From: an uncultured delta proteobacterium
GTDB taxonomy: Bacteria > Desulfobacterota > Desulfomonilia > Desulfomonilales > Desulfomonilaceae
DNA: 64,000 nucleotides
Assembly (NCBI GenBank): GCA_963789265.1
Contig: CAWBKB010000007.1
Span: forward strand, 96,001 to 160,000
Direction of reading: 5' to 3'
Shown: positions 1-9,975 of the stretch, piece after piece
Layout of the letters: the number at the start of each line of letters is the position of its first letter
Numbering within the stretch: the first letter of the stretch is position 1
Translations under genes and position numbers: made by a program
Notes under the pieces: generated by a model
Databases searched by the model: none
What the model was told of the DNA's origin: nothing
The model's input: only the letters and a program-made list of their open reading frames with translations

Positions 1-809
1 GATTGGAACGGCGCGATTAGATACGGCACAAAATTAACTGCATATTCTTGCACCAGTCCGAACCTGGGAATGGGGGACCGCAGCGCAATTGCCCCTCCGT
101 GGAAAAGAAGGAATCTTGCGGCCAGCACGACCAAGAACGCTATTGCCATTCCAGCACCGAGTCGAAGCCGGAAGACCCGGCCGGAAATCCTGTCACGATT
201 ACGCTTTCTGCAAGGAAGAACGAACAACGGCACGAGGAAGAGCAACAAATTTGCCGCATCGTATGCGAGCGTCGAGATGCAGTAAAGCAGAACCGGGAGA
301 ATCAAACCGCTTCGGGACGTGCTTTCTTCGGCCCAAATCTGAAAGGCAAGCACGGAACCCCAGAACAGCAGCGTGCACGTCCATATATTGTCCATGTGAA
401 ACACGTATATGAGCGGGCAGATCGTAGGTGAAAAAAACCAAAACAGCATACTCGCAGCAACAAAAGCCCGACGCCGCGGGAATGCGCGGGTCAGGCACGC
501 GCCCATGAGCAGAGCAGTCCCGGTGAGCAAAAACACGGCCACCAGATTGAAGAATATTCGATTGAAGCCCACTAAAGGATACGAAGCGAGCCAGGGAAGG
601 CCGTCCAGAGGACGGCGAAACTCAACGGTGTATTTCCAGATGGACTGCGGAAAACTATTCCAATATGGAACGCTTAGCATCCACCAGTCGTCGCCCTGAA
701 ATCCGGTATCACCCGTGATCGAGACCAGTGTCACCGAATACACCAGCAACCCGAAGAAAACCAACCGATGAATCGGGACGGTTTTCACCAAACGCCATCC
801 TGCAATCAC
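1..809 (-). CDS. Polytopic membrane protein, GT-C glycosyltransferase-like (runs off the window start; absent from the ORF track)
   Basis: Manual minus-strand translation from GTG at 809: VIAGWRLVK...TGFQGDDWW...EFRRPLDGLPW followed by several hydrophobic helices. A DD motif after TM1 plus an RP motif is typical of GT-C enzymes. Confidence 0.6.
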   Translation of the reverse strand, partial: MIAGWRLVKTVPIHRLVFFGLLVYSVTLVSITGDTGFQGDDWWMLSVPYWNSFPQSIWKYTVEFRRPLDGLPWLASYPLVGFNRIFFNLVAVFLLTGTALLMGACLTRAFPRRRAFVAASMLFWFFSPTICPLIYVFHMDNIWTCTLLFWGSVLAFQIWAEESTSRSGLILPVLLYCISTLAYDAANLLLFLVPLFVLPCRKRNRDRISGRVFRLRLGAGMAIAFLVVLAARFLLFHGGAIALRSPIPRFGLVQEYAVNFVPYLIAPFQ

Positions 810-927
810 CTTAGCCCCTTTCAATTCCGCAATCCTTCACGGTGGACAAGGGAGCACAATTCGCCTCCGCCAGTCAATACCTCCGGGATAGAGAAACGTA
901 TTGCACGAAATCTCTCCGAATTTATGC

Positions 928-963
928 TTGACCATAACAGCGGTATGACCTATTGTCATACCG
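928..963 (+). promoter_or_regulatory. Sigma70 promoter overlapped by a TA autoregulatory operator
   Basis: TTGACC(928)-17 bp-TATTGT(951); perfect inverted repeat CGGTATGAC-ctatt-GTCATACCG (941-963) just upstream of the RHH antitoxin. Confidence 0.7.
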
Positions 964-973
964 GAGAAAGAAT

Positions 974-1216
974 ATGACGCGTGCAAAGGTAGCAATCACA
1001 TTGGATGAGCAGACGCTGGACCGCCTGGATCGACTCGTGCGGGCCCGCATCTTCCCGAATCGAAGTCAGGCCATTCAGGAAGCTGTTGAAGAGAAGCTTT
1101 CGCGGCTCGAACATACCAGGCTTGCCCGGGAGTGTTCCAAACTCGACCCTGCGTTTGAAAAGTCACTGGCTGAAGAAGGGCTGTCGGAAGAGTTGTCGGA
1201 ATGGCCCGCATATTAA
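974..1216 (+). CDS. Ribbon-helix-helix (CopG/EndoAI-like) antitoxin
   Basis: KVAITLD...[13 protein letters not shown] signature; overlaps the downstream MazF gene. Confidence 0.85.
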   Translation: MTRAKVAITLDEQTLDRLDRLVRARIFPNRSQAIQEAVEEKLSRLEHTRLARECSKLDPAFEKSLAEEGLSEELSEWPAY

Positions 1217-1539
1217 GGGGAGACATACGTTGGGCTGATTTAAATCCTACCCGGGGCCGGGAACAATCCGGTCTTAGACCCGTTCTAATTTTGAGCCATG
1301 ATGTTTTCAATGAGCGCTCCGGTACTGTCATTGCTGTTGCAGTTACCAGCCAGCCACAGCGTGCCGGTTACCCCCTGACACTGGAATTGCAGTCCAAGAG
1401 CCTTCCGAAGCGCTCATGGGTCAAAATCAGCCAAATCCGCACACTTGCTGTAGAGAGAATCGGCAAACGATTAGGACGGGCGACTCCCGAAGAGCTGGCT
1501 CAGGTGATCGAGGGGCTGGATGAAATTATCGGAGCGTGA
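1201..1539 (+). CDS. mazF: PemK/MazF family toxin
   Basis: [27 protein letters not shown]...[11 protein letters not shown]. Confidence 0.92.
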   Translation: MARILRGDIRWADLNPTRGREQSGLRPVLILSHDVFNERSGTVIAVAVTSQPQRAGYPLTLELQSKSLPKRSWVKISQIRTLAVERIGKRLGRATPEELAQVIEGLDEIIGA

Positions 1540-1649
1540 AGATTGAATTAGCCTCGTCGGCAGGCAACGAGAACAAAAATTTATCTGATTGAGACACTGA
1601 AATTGAACTATGTTAAGCTATCGCCAGTTAGGGACCGAAGGAGACAAAA

Positions 1650-1850
1650 ATGGGAAAAGTCGAACGAATAGAACGCGAAATCCAGGAACTTACCCCTACT
1701 GAGCTTGAAGCCCTCCGGAAATGGTTCGTTGAGTTCGACGCAGAGGCTTGGGACCGTCAAATCGAAGAGGACGCGCGATCCGGGAACTTGGACAGGCTAG
1801 CTTCCAAAGCGCTCAAGGCTTTCGAGTCTGGAAACTGTAGCGAGCTTTGA
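1650..1850 (+). CDS. Small putative antitoxin
   Basis: AAGGAG RBS; WDRQIEEDARSGNLD motif; TTGA-coupled to a ParE/RelE-like gene. Confidence 0.7.
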   Translation: MGKVERIEREIQELTPTELEALRKWFVEFDAEAWDRQIEEDARSGNLDRLASKALKAFESGNCSEL

Positions 1851-2100
1851 AACACTATGCTTCCCCTGAATTCTGGGAATGCTACCAGGCATTACCCAAT
1901 CCGGTTAGAGAAATTGCGGATAGAGCTTCGCTATGCTCAACGAAAATCCTCGTCACCCCTCGTTGCATTTCAAGAAAGTCGGGCCTTACTGGGCTGCTCG
2001 AGTGGGGTTAAACCATCGGACTTTGGGCGTGCAGGTGCCTGGCGGCATAATTTGGTTTTGGATTGGAAGTCACGCTGAATATGACAAGCTGATCAAATAA
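1847..2100 (+). pseudogene. ParE/RelE-like toxin with a 1-bp frameshift near 1925 (possibly a sequencing error)
   Basis: LKHYASPEFWECYQALP...ADR / FAMLNENPRHPSLHFKKVG...ARVGLNHR...WFWIGSHAEYDKLIK* lies in two frames. Confidence 0.75.
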
Positions 2101-2241
2101 CCAGGTGCTGCAATGTGTTGCTTATGCATTGCACCCACACTTCACGGTTGGAGGGGAGCATAAAGAGCGGCCAGATGAAGGTCAGTTCATTCTTTCAATT
2201 AGCTCTTCTATGTAGCCGAGACCGGAACTAGGTGAGAAATT

Positions 2242-3420
2242 ATGCATGCGATTATTCCTAATGTTATTTGTACCCGCCGAGTTCGCCTTTTAATCCTCAT
2301 CTGCCTCATCGTTGCAATAGGATTACTGTTCCCGTCGGGACCTCGGACGGTAATTGCCGCTTCAGATACGGTATCGCAGACTCAACCTGGACACAAGGCG
2401 GTGCGGCTGCCGCGTCCGGATCATATTGTCATAGTGATAGAAGAGAACAAGGGCTTCGACGATCTTTTCTCAAGCAAATGCCATGAGAATTCAGGCGGCC
2501 CCTGTGCTCCCTACTTCATTTCCCTGGCGGCTCGGGGTGCATCCCTGGACCATTTTTATGCTTTTCATCATCCTAGCCAGCCGAATTACTTGGAGCTTTT
2601 TTCGGGCAGCAATGAAGGGGTCATCGGTGATTGTTGTCCTCTGGAGAAATGCCAACCGCAGGAGTGTTGCAATACCGAATGCGACCCGGTTGTTTCGCCG
2701 CCCGTCCTGATAGGACCGAGTCTCGCCGGAGTCCTCCTCAATAAAGGTAGATCGCTCGCGCCGAATACTAAGCCCCTGACCTTTGTGGGTTTCGCGGAGG
2801 ACTTGCCGAAAGACAAAAGCCTCTGCTGTTACAGCGAGGATGGATCGCATTACGCGCGGAAGCATTGCCCGTGGCTGGATTACATTGATGTCCCGGAAAC
2901 AAATCCGGATGGAACACGCACAAGTTTGCCGTTTGACCATAAATTCTGGGGTCACAAACAGGATATAAAGCGGTTTTCCACGTTGCCGACAGTTTCCTTT
3001 GTAATTCCTAATTTGCTCAATGATATGCATTCTCTTCCTGAGCATGTTCCCCGCAAAACATGGTTGGATGATGCGAAGCGTCACGAGTTGCTCGGGAAAT
3101 TAGTTAATCAAGGAGATGTCTGGCTGAAAAGATTCCTCGCGGATTACGTGGAATATGTCATGAAAGAGGAGAACAACAGCCTCTTGATCGTCACTTGGGA
3201 TGAAGACAGTAACGGACCGGGTTGCAAGCAGCCATGTCCTACTACGCCCCCTGAAAATCATATACCGACCGTCATTGTGGGTGCCAAAGTTAAATCCGGA
3301 TACCGGAGCAGCGTGCAATACACATTTTACAGCCTATTGCGTACCATTTTGGATATGTATCACCTCCCGTTGATTGGCGGAAGCCAGAGAGCCGAACCAA
3401 TCGCGGATATATGGCGGTAG
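2242..3420 (+). CDS. Secreted phosphoesterase / SapM-like acid phosphatase
   Basis: Signal peptide; DHIVIVIEENK, HPSQPNYLELFSG, YARKHCPW, NDMH and TWDED motifs. Confidence 0.88.
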   Translation: MHAIIPNVICTRRVRLLILICLIVAIGLLFPSGPRTVIAASDTVSQTQPGHKAVRLPRPDHIVIVIEENKGFDDLFSSKCHENSGGPCAPYFISLAARGASLDHFYAFHHPSQPNYLELFSGSNEGVIGDCCPLEKCQPQECCNTECDPVVSPPVLIGPSLAGVLLNKGRSLAPNTKPLTFVGFAEDLPKDKSLCCYSEDGSHYARKHCPWLDYIDVPETNPDGTRTSLPFDHKFWGHKQDIKRFSTLPTVSFVIPNLLNDMHSLPEHVPRKTWLDDAKRHELLGKLVNQGDVWLKRFLADYVEYVMKEENNSLLIVTWDEDSNGPGCKQPCPTTPPENHIPTVIVGAKVKSGYRSSVQYTFYSLLRTILDMYHLPLIGGSQRAEPIADIWR

Positions 3421-3478
3421 CCTACAAGGAATGGGGGCAGGGTCACGCATCAAAAGGCCTACAATGAGGTCTTTTCAA

Positions 3479-3799
3479 ATGAAGATAAAGTTTCGTCAAT
3501 CAGGGGGCATGGCTGGCTTGACTCAAGGCTGTGAAATAGATACCCAGGCGCTACCTGCGACTGAAGCCGCTGAGATCAAGAACCTGGTAAAGAACACCGG
3601 TGTACTGAAGTCCCAATCCCCACTCAGGAGACTGGTAGTGCGTGACGCTTTAGTAGCATGCGACATTTTTTACTACAGTATCTCAGTTGAGAGCCATGAA
3701 ATCACCTATCTCGTCAGATTCAGCGATTTCACGATTCCCGAAAACGGTCGGCTTTTGCTGGATTATCTGAAGAAGCAGGCAAGGCCGCAAGCTTTATAG
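3479..3799 (+). CDS. Emfourin-like (protealysin inhibitor) protein
   Basis: MKIKFRQSGGMAGL...IDTQALP...DIFYYSISVE...LLLDYL pattern. Confidence 0.7.
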   Translation: MKIKFRQSGGMAGLTQGCEIDTQALPATEAAEIKNLVKNTGVLKSQSPLRRLVVRDALVACDIFYYSISVESHEITYLVRFSDFTIPENGRLLLDYLKKQARPQAL

Positions 3800-4090
3800 T
3801 TTCGGAATTATCTGCTTTATTTCTGGAGGAGATCAACTCGACTTATATCGGCCGATTTTTTCGTCGTGTTGCGACTGCGAGGATACTCCGATTCTGGAGT
3901 TGAAGAGGACGCAACGGCATAGCGCAGAAGGTGATAAATGATGCCGTTGCCTCGTCTGCATTCGGAACGATTGGCGACCCCGCCTGCTGTTTGACTATCT
4001 GTACTAAGTGGAAATTCTGAGGAGAGCTTTTGGAGGCTCCTTTCCTTGACTATTCCACGTCAATGGCGTACTAATGTACAGGGAGCAGCA

Positions 4091-4408
4091 ATGGTCTTCA
4101 TCGAGACTCCGATCTTCACCCGGCAAGTACAGGATGACCTCTCGGAAGATCAGTATAGGGATCTGCAAGACGAGTTGAGAAAGCACCCGGACGCCGGGTC
4201 TAAGATCAAAGGGTCAGGAGGTCTTCGAAAATTGCGCTGGGCGATAGAAGGCCAAAGAAAGAGTGGCGGAGTGCGAGTCATCTACTATTGGGTGGCCGCC
4301 CAAGATCGGATTTTCATGCTCTACATGTACGCAAAAAACAAACAGGGTAATCTCACTCCCGAACAACTCAAGGTACTTAGGAAGGCCGTAGAAAAGGAAT
4401 TGTCATGA
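4091..4408 (+). CDS. higB: RelE/HigB-2 family toxin
   Basis: FIETPIF...PDAG..IKGSGGLRKLRW....KSGGVRVIYY. Confidence 0.88.
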   Translation: MVFIETPIFTRQVQDDLSEDQYRDLQDELRKHPDAGSKIKGSGGLRKLRWAIEGQRKSGGVRVIYYWVAAQDRIFMLYMYAKNKQGNLTPEQLKVLRKAVEKELS

Positions 4409-4740
4409 AGGAAGAAATGTTCGAAGAACTTCTCGAAAGCGTCCGGCAAGCCGGGGCCATAATGAGAGGCGAACAGAAACCTTCGAGGGTTTTTGAGGTT
4501 GAAGCACCGGATGTTAAGGCTATAAGAGCCACATTTGGAGTTTCTCAAGACGAGTTTGCTTCCCTGCTCGGGATCAGCGTAAGAACGCTTGAGAACTGGG
4601 AGCAAAAACGTCGGATACCCAAAGGACCGGCTCGTGTCCTGTTAGAGGTCGCTGCCGTCCACCCGGACGCTGTGTGGGACGTGGTGCGACATGCGAGACA
4701 AAATCGAGAGCGCGGGAAATCCCGGGGGCACAATACTTAA
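4405..4740 (+). CDS. higA: HigA-2/NadS-like HTH antitoxin
   Basis: VSQDEFASLLGISVRTLENWEQKRRIPKGPA Cro-type HTH; ATGA overlap with the toxin. Confidence 0.88.
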   Translation: MKEEMFEELLESVRQAGAIMRGEQKPSRVFEVEAPDVKAIRATFGVSQDEFASLLGISVRTLENWEQKRRIPKGPARVLLEVAAVHPDAVWDVVRHARQNRERGKSRGHNT

Positions 4741-5179
4741 TTGAACTCAGAGTTCGATCTCCACATCACAGGTGCATGAAAACAAATAATGAAACCGAAT
4801 GCGTGCGAATCGGGGGTTACCCCATCAATTCGTGCCTGAAATGCAAATAGCTGTGCCCGGCAAAAGGGGCACGAATCCCCCCTCCTCCTGTATTTCACCC
4901 GCCCCACCCCGCTAAGTCTCGTTTAATGAGCGGCCTTCACGGCTACGAGAGTCCGGCACAATTTCTTTCGCAACAGAATTCTCAGCGCCCTCCGCGTTCT
5001 CTGCGGTTAACTATTATCTTTCGCTTTTGTCGAATCGCGGCTCTGTGGTAAACGGAAGAAAGCTCCGTTTCTTCGTCAGACGTGGTGGACGAGACAGCCA
5101 AAATCTGTTCGCATTGATGATCGAGATGAAACGCAAACCACAAAACCCCGATTCAAATTTTCAGATTGGGGCAGCAACG

Positions 5180-6247
5180 TTGGACGACCGGAAGCGCCTG
5201 CTCGTCCAAGGCCTCACCAAGCGTTTCGGCAAGAACAGGGCATTGAGTAACATTGATCTGGAAGTTTCTAAGGGGGAGCTGTGTGTGCTCCTTGGCCCTT
5301 CAGGGTGCGGAAAGTCCACGTTATTGCGGATCATCGCGGGGTTGGAAAGTCCTTCGGCAGGCAAGATCTACATTGAAGGCCGCGATGTGACTGATTTGCC
5401 CCCCGGGAAACGCGATGTTGCCATGGTCTTCCAGAATTATGCGATTTATCCGCACATGACAGTCTTCGAAAACATCGCTTTTCCCTTGCGAGTGCGAAAA
5501 TCACCTAAAGAAGAAATAGTTGCGAAGGTGCACGAAGCGGCGTCATTGCTCCAATTGGATCGATTGCTTGAGAGAAAGCCCGCGCAGCTTTCAGGAGGGG
5601 AACGACAGAGAGTGGCAATGGGCCGCGCTATTGTGAGGCAGCCGACGATTTTTCTCTTTGATGAGCCGCTGTCTAACCTGGACGCCAAACTCCGGGCGAA
5701 TATGCGGATCGAAATTTCCCAGCTTCACCGGCGCCTTGGGGCGACTACAGTGTACGTTACGCACGATCAGGTAGAGGCCATGACAATGGCAGACACGGTC
5801 GTAGTTTTGGACGCAGGAATTGTGCAGCAAATTGGTCCGCCCGACGAAATCTACAAACATCCCGCCAATCTGATGGTCGCGGAGTTCGTTGGCACCCCTG
5901 CCATGAATTTTGTTTCCGGTCGATTGGCTCGCTCGTCAGACGGCACGGTTTTGTTTTCCGCCGGCAGCCTCACCTTCCCAATTTCTGATTGCAACATCGA
6001 AGGTGAAGCGGTCGCCGGGATAAGGCCGGAACATGCATCAATAGACCCTGACGGCAAGGTCATGGGCAGCGTGAAATTTATAGAAGACATAGGATCGGAC
6101 AAATTTGTCCACGTAGAATTGGCGCCGACAGATGAAATGGTAGTACGACTTTCCCAATCGCAGAATGTAAAGATTGGCCGGACGGTTCGTTTATTGGTTG
6201 ATCTCTCCAAGATTAATGTTTTTTGGCAAGGCAAAAGGATCTTGTAA
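5180..6247 (+). CDS. Sugar ABC transporter ATP-binding protein (MalK/MsmK-like); start approximate
   Basis: GPSGCGKST, LSGGERQRVAMGRA, FLFDEPLSNLDAKLR, YVTHDQVEAM. Confidence 0.93.
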   Translation: MDDRKRLLVQGLTKRFGKNRALSNIDLEVSKGELCVLLGPSGCGKSTLLRIIAGLESPSAGKIYIEGRDVTDLPPGKRDVAMVFQNYAIYPHMTVFENIAFPLRVRKSPKEEIVAKVHEAASLLQLDRLLERKPAQLSGGERQRVAMGRAIVRQPTIFLFDEPLSNLDAKLRANMRIEISQLHRRLGATTVYVTHDQVEAMTMADTVVVLDAGIVQQIGPPDEIYKHPANLMVAEFVGTPAMNFVSGRLARSSDGTVLFSAGSLTFPISDCNIEGEAVAGIRPEHASIDPDGKVMGSVKFIEDIGSDKFVHVELAPTDEMVVRLSQSQNVKIGRTVRLLVDLSKINVFWQGKRIL

Positions 6248-6300
6248 TGATGGCCCGCTTGCCAGGAATGGTAATCCCGCAGTTACAGCCGGCAAAAGCT

Positions 6301-6432
6301 TGTCATTGCGAGCGAAGCGAAGCAATCTTTCCCCTAAACGGCACCCAGATTGCCAGTGGGACGGGCATCCTGCCCGTCAGTGCTAATAGACAGGCTAGAA
6401 GCCTGTCCCACTGTTCACTCCTCGCAATGACA
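6301..6432. repeat. Nested REP-like palindromes (family A enclosing family B)
   Basis: TGTCATTGCGAG...CTCGCAATGACA (also at 38635-38721) encloses GTGGGACGGGCATCCTGCCCGTC...AGCCTGTCCCAC (also at 19671-19725 and 27903-27960). Confidence 0.8.
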
Positions 6433-7755
6433 GTGAAGCGACAATTCCAGCGCGCCACTAAATGGTTAGCAGGACCGGTCCTTGCCTTAAGAGCTTTGTT
6501 GCTGGTGCTGTTGATACTGCTGATCACGGCCGCCTCCTGGGCAGCGAATGAAATTCACTTTGTGATGTGGAAGCCCGATCATCCGGAAGTCTGGAACAAG
6601 CTAATCAGCAAATTTGAAAGAGAGACCGGTATCAAAGTTCGCGTCGATATCGGCCCGAACTCGTCCACCGCAGCCCACGCTCTGATTTCGCAGAGGTTAA
6701 AAAATGCGGATCCGGATTTGGATGTTTTCATGATGGACGTTATTTGGCCATCGGAATTCGTATCCGCTAACTGGATTCAGGCTTTGGACCGCTACTTTCC
6801 TTCCCGAGATCGAGCAGATTTCTTCCCGGCGGCTATTTCCGCGTGCACTATACAAGGGAAAATCTACGGCGTCCCATTTGAGACTTCCGGCGGCATTCTT
6901 TTTTGCCGAAAGGATCTTTTGGATAAATATGGATTCGAACCGCCCGAGACATGGGATCAACTCGTCGAGGAGACCGAGCGCATCGTCAGTGGTGAACGAT
7001 CTCAAGATCCTGCTTTGAGAGGCTATTGCGGGCAGTTCAAGCAATATGAAGGGCTCGTTTGCAATATGCAGGAGTTCTTACTGAGCAATCAAGGCAAACT
7101 GTTCAGTGACGACGGGCGGAAATCCATGATGGGGTCTCCTGCAAATCTTCAGGCCACGCGATTCGTAAGAGATAAAATTATCGGCAAAGTCGCGTCCAGA
7201 GGAGTGCTGACGTATGAGGAGCCGGAATCGCTGCATGTTTTCATACAAGGTCACGCAGTTTTTCTCCGCGACTGGCCTTATGCCTGGGAAATTGCAAATA
7301 ATCCCAAGGAATCTGCTGTCGCGCGCAAAGTGGACATCATTCCCCTGCCGCACTTTGCCGGAGGCGTGACCGCGCCCACGTTGGGCGGGTGGCAATTCGC
7401 TCTGTCACGGTTTTCGAGAAAAAAGGCCCTTGCGTGGCAATTTATACAATACATGGCATCTCCCGGCGTTCAGAAGACATTCGCGCTGGAGGCTTCTCAA
7501 AGACCGGCCAGGCGGTCGGTGTACAATGACCCGGAAGTTTTAAAGAAAAATCCCCATTTCGCCAAGCTGCGCAAAGCCTTTGAAAAGGCGTGCCCTCGTC
7601 CGGCGATTCCTCTGTATCCGCTCTATTCAAGCATTTTGCAAAGGCTCTACCAGGACGCGATCGTTTACCCCGACTCTCGCGTCAAACCCCGGGCAGCAGA
7701 GGCGGACAGAGAGATTGATGGGCTCCTTAAGCTCGTGCGTGAAGGCAATCCATGA
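6427..7755 (+). CDS. Sugar ABC transporter substrate-binding protein (trehalose/maltose-type); start approximate
   Basis: Signal peptide; DVFMMDVIWPSEF, QFKQYEGLVCN, LGGWQFAL. Confidence 0.88.
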   Translation: MTVKRQFQRATKWLAGPVLALRALLLVLLILLITAASWAANEIHFVMWKPDHPEVWNKLISKFERETGIKVRVDIGPNSSTAAHALISQRLKNADPDLDVFMMDVIWPSEFVSANWIQALDRYFPSRDRADFFPAAISACTIQGKIYGVPFETSGGILFCRKDLLDKYGFEPPETWDQLVEETERIVSGERSQDPALRGYCGQFKQYEGLVCNMQEFLLSNQGKLFSDDGRKSMMGSPANLQATRFVRDKIIGKVASRGVLTYEEPESLHVFIQGHAVFLRDWPYAWEIANNPKESAVARKVDIIPLPHFAGGVTAPTLGGWQFALSRFSRKKALAWQFIQYMASPGVQKTFALEASQRPARRSVYNDPEVLKKNPHFAKLRKAFEKACPRPAIPLYPLYSSILQRLYQDAIVYPDSRVKPRAAEADREIDGLLKLVREGNP

Positions 7756-8657
7756 GAACTTCATTCTCCACTTCCGAGCGCACTTTCGGGTATCTGCTTC
7801 TGTCACCGCTGCTTATCGTTCTTCTGATTTTCAGTTTTTTCCCCATCGGTTATTCATTTTTCTTGAGTCTTCATCGAATAATATTGAGCCTGCCCCACCT
7901 GGGGGAAAGCTTTGTGGGTCTTGCCAATTACAAGAGTTTGCTCGGAGATCCTGCAGCTCTCAATTCCTTTACAGTCACCATCATTTTCGTAGCGGCAGCG
8001 ACGATTTTCGAGGTTAGTGTAGGATTGATCATTGCTCTTGTCATAAACGAGAGCTTCAGGGCAAGAGGAATTGTGAGGGCAGCGATTCTTATACCCTGGG
8101 CAATCCCGACTGTGGTGGCATCGCAACTGTGGAGGTTCGCCTTTAACGACCAATACGGCATAGTTAACTACATTCTTTTCGGCGCTGATATTGCTCATTA
8201 CAAGGCATGGCTTGCCGATCCTGTTTCGGCTCTCGCGGCAATCATACTCGCGGATGTTTGGAAGACCTCTTCTTTTGCGAGCCTGATCATTCTTGCGGGA
8301 TTGCAAACGATTCCGGATGAACTCTATGAAGCTGCAAGAGTGGACGGAGCAAATGCTTTCCAGCGATTTCGGCACATTACGCTACCGCTCTTGAAGCCAT
8401 CTATTCTTCTGGCTCTCATATTCAGAACTATGGACGCGTTCAGAGTTTTTGATCTTGTATATGTGATGACGCAGGGCGGGCCGGCGGATGCCACGAATGT
8501 CTTGCAGTTCTACGGATATAAGACATTGTTTGACCAAGGCATGGTCGGAGTTGGTTCGGCGGTTTCCGTGGTTGTTTTCATATTGGTTTTCTCAGTCTCC
8601 GTCTTCTATTTGAGCCTGGTGGGAACCACTCTCTTGAGGCAAAAGGAGAATATTTGA
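7752..8657 (+). CDS. Sugar ABC transporter permease (MalF-like)
   Basis: EAA loop IPDELYEAARVDGANAFQRFRHITLPLLKP. Confidence 0.93.
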   Translation: MRTSFSTSERTFGYLLLSPLLIVLLIFSFFPIGYSFFLSLHRIILSLPHLGESFVGLANYKSLLGDPAALNSFTVTIIFVAAATIFEVSVGLIIALVINESFRARGIVRAAILIPWAIPTVVASQLWRFAFNDQYGIVNYILFGADIAHYKAWLADPVSALAAIILADVWKTSSFASLIILAGLQTIPDELYEAARVDGANAFQRFRHITLPLLKPSILLALIFRTMDAFRVFDLVYVMTQGGPADATNVLQFYGYKTLFDQGMVGVGSAVSVVVFILVFSVSVFYLSLVGTTLLRQKENI

Positions 8658-8693
8658 TACTGATTCGCTTTCAAACAAGTGAGAATCGGCAAT

Positions 8694-8840
8694 GGCAAAC
8701 GGCACTGACCTGGCGCCATCACGGCGCTTCCCGCGGGACGCGGGATGGCACCCGGAATTTCATGAATAGATGTTGGGTGCCACGGACCTGGGCTTTGGCA
8801 GGTCCGTGCTGTATTCATCGTTTGAACACGAACTGGTATC
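8694..8840. repeat. Intergenic repeat, second copy at about 63372-63530
   Basis: Shared GCAAACGGCACTGACCTGGCGCCAT and TCCGTGCTGTATT blocks. Confidence 0.7.
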
Positions 8841-8862
8841 ACTTGCTTGAAAGCGAATCGGT

Positions 8863-9693
8863 ATGAGCGCACGGAATGGTCATCTGCTAATTCTGTGGGC
8901 AGCCATAGTCTGTGTCGTGCTCTTTTCGGTTGCACCTTTCGCTTGGTTTGCCCTGCTTGCGTTCAAACCGCACCTAGAAATTACTGCGATTCCGCCGGCT
9001 ATATTTCCCGGGCACATTTCCTCGGAGGCCATGTCCGCTGCAATCTTCAAACATGGCCTGCTGCATTTCCTAAAGAATAGTATGATCGTTGCAGGAATTA
9101 CCACAGCAGTTTGCGTGACTGTCGGAACACTCGCGGCTTATCCGCTGGTACGACTCCCAATAAAGTTCAAAAGAACTATCCTTCTGTTGATCCTGGCTGC
9201 GGGGATGTTTCCTCAAATTTCAATAGCAGGTCCGGTCTGGAGAATTCTGCTCGGCCTGGGTTGGCTCAATACATATCAGGGGCTCGTTCTGCCTTATTTG
9301 GCTCTCACATTGCCGATCACTGTTTGGATACTTGCCAATTTTTTCGGCGAGCTTCCTCGAGAATTGGAAGATGCGGCCAAAATAGACGGTGCAAACCTTT
9401 TCCAGATCTTGGGCAGGATAATTCTGCCGTTGGCTGCGCCGGGCGTCTTCACCGCGGCGATACTGACCTTTATCTATTGTTGGAACGAATTCTTTTTTGC
9501 TCTGCTCATCATGACACGCAGTGATTTTCAGACGCTTCCGGTGGGAATCGCTTTATTTCCGGGGCAGTACACCTTGCCCTGGGGAGAAATAGCCGCGGCT
9601 TCGATTGTAACCACCATGCCGCTGATTCTGTTGACGGTATTTTTTCAGAAACGCATCATTTCGGGACTAACCGCGGGGGCGGTGAGGGGATAG
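8863..9693 (+). CDS. Sugar ABC transporter permease (MalG-like)
   Basis: LPRELEDAAKIDGA; WNEFFFAL; SGLTAGAVRG. Confidence 0.93.
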   Translation: MSARNGHLLILWAAIVCVVLFSVAPFAWFALLAFKPHLEITAIPPAIFPGHISSEAMSAAIFKHGLLHFLKNSMIVAGITTAVCVTVGTLAAYPLVRLPIKFKRTILLLILAAGMFPQISIAGPVWRILLGLGWLNTYQGLVLPYLALTLPITVWILANFFGELPRELEDAAKIDGANLFQILGRIILPLAAPGVFTAAILTFIYCWNEFFFALLIMTRSDFQTLPVGIALFPGQYTLPWGEIAAASIVTTMPLILLTVFFQKRIISGLTAGAVRG

Positions 9694-9814
9694 AGGAATT
9701 GTGGTCAAGCATTGGACTGGAAATTGGAGACGAAAGCCAGTCTCGCTTCGTGCGTATTTTTGCTCGCGTTGGACAAACAGAGAGACATGCTGCGATCTCA
9801 CGCGAGCACGGATC

Positions 9815-9918
9815 AAGACCTGCCCCCAATATTCATTAACTCACGTTGTACATGTTACTCGAAGTCGCGCGCTCAGAAATGAGCCAAGAGCAGATCTGAC
9901 CCCTTTTGACCCCTTTTC
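9815..9918. repeat. GGGGTC/GACCCC-ended palindromic repeat (family I), diverged copy
   Basis: Ends GAGCCAAGAGCAGATCTGACCCC, like the copies at 10906, 14997 and 15953. Confidence 0.6.
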
Positions 9919-9975
9919 TTTTCAAACATTAGTTGGCATCAGCCAGTCAGTTTCCGAGCAGCGGAACAATCCTAT

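Noticed and set aside
2095..2155. attC site after the ParE-like toxin
   Set aside because: TAAC...GTT ends are present but the inner L boxes do not pair convincingly.
8654..8866. 70-aa ORF between the permeases
   Set aside because: It is a translation of an intergenic repeat that also occurs at about 63372.
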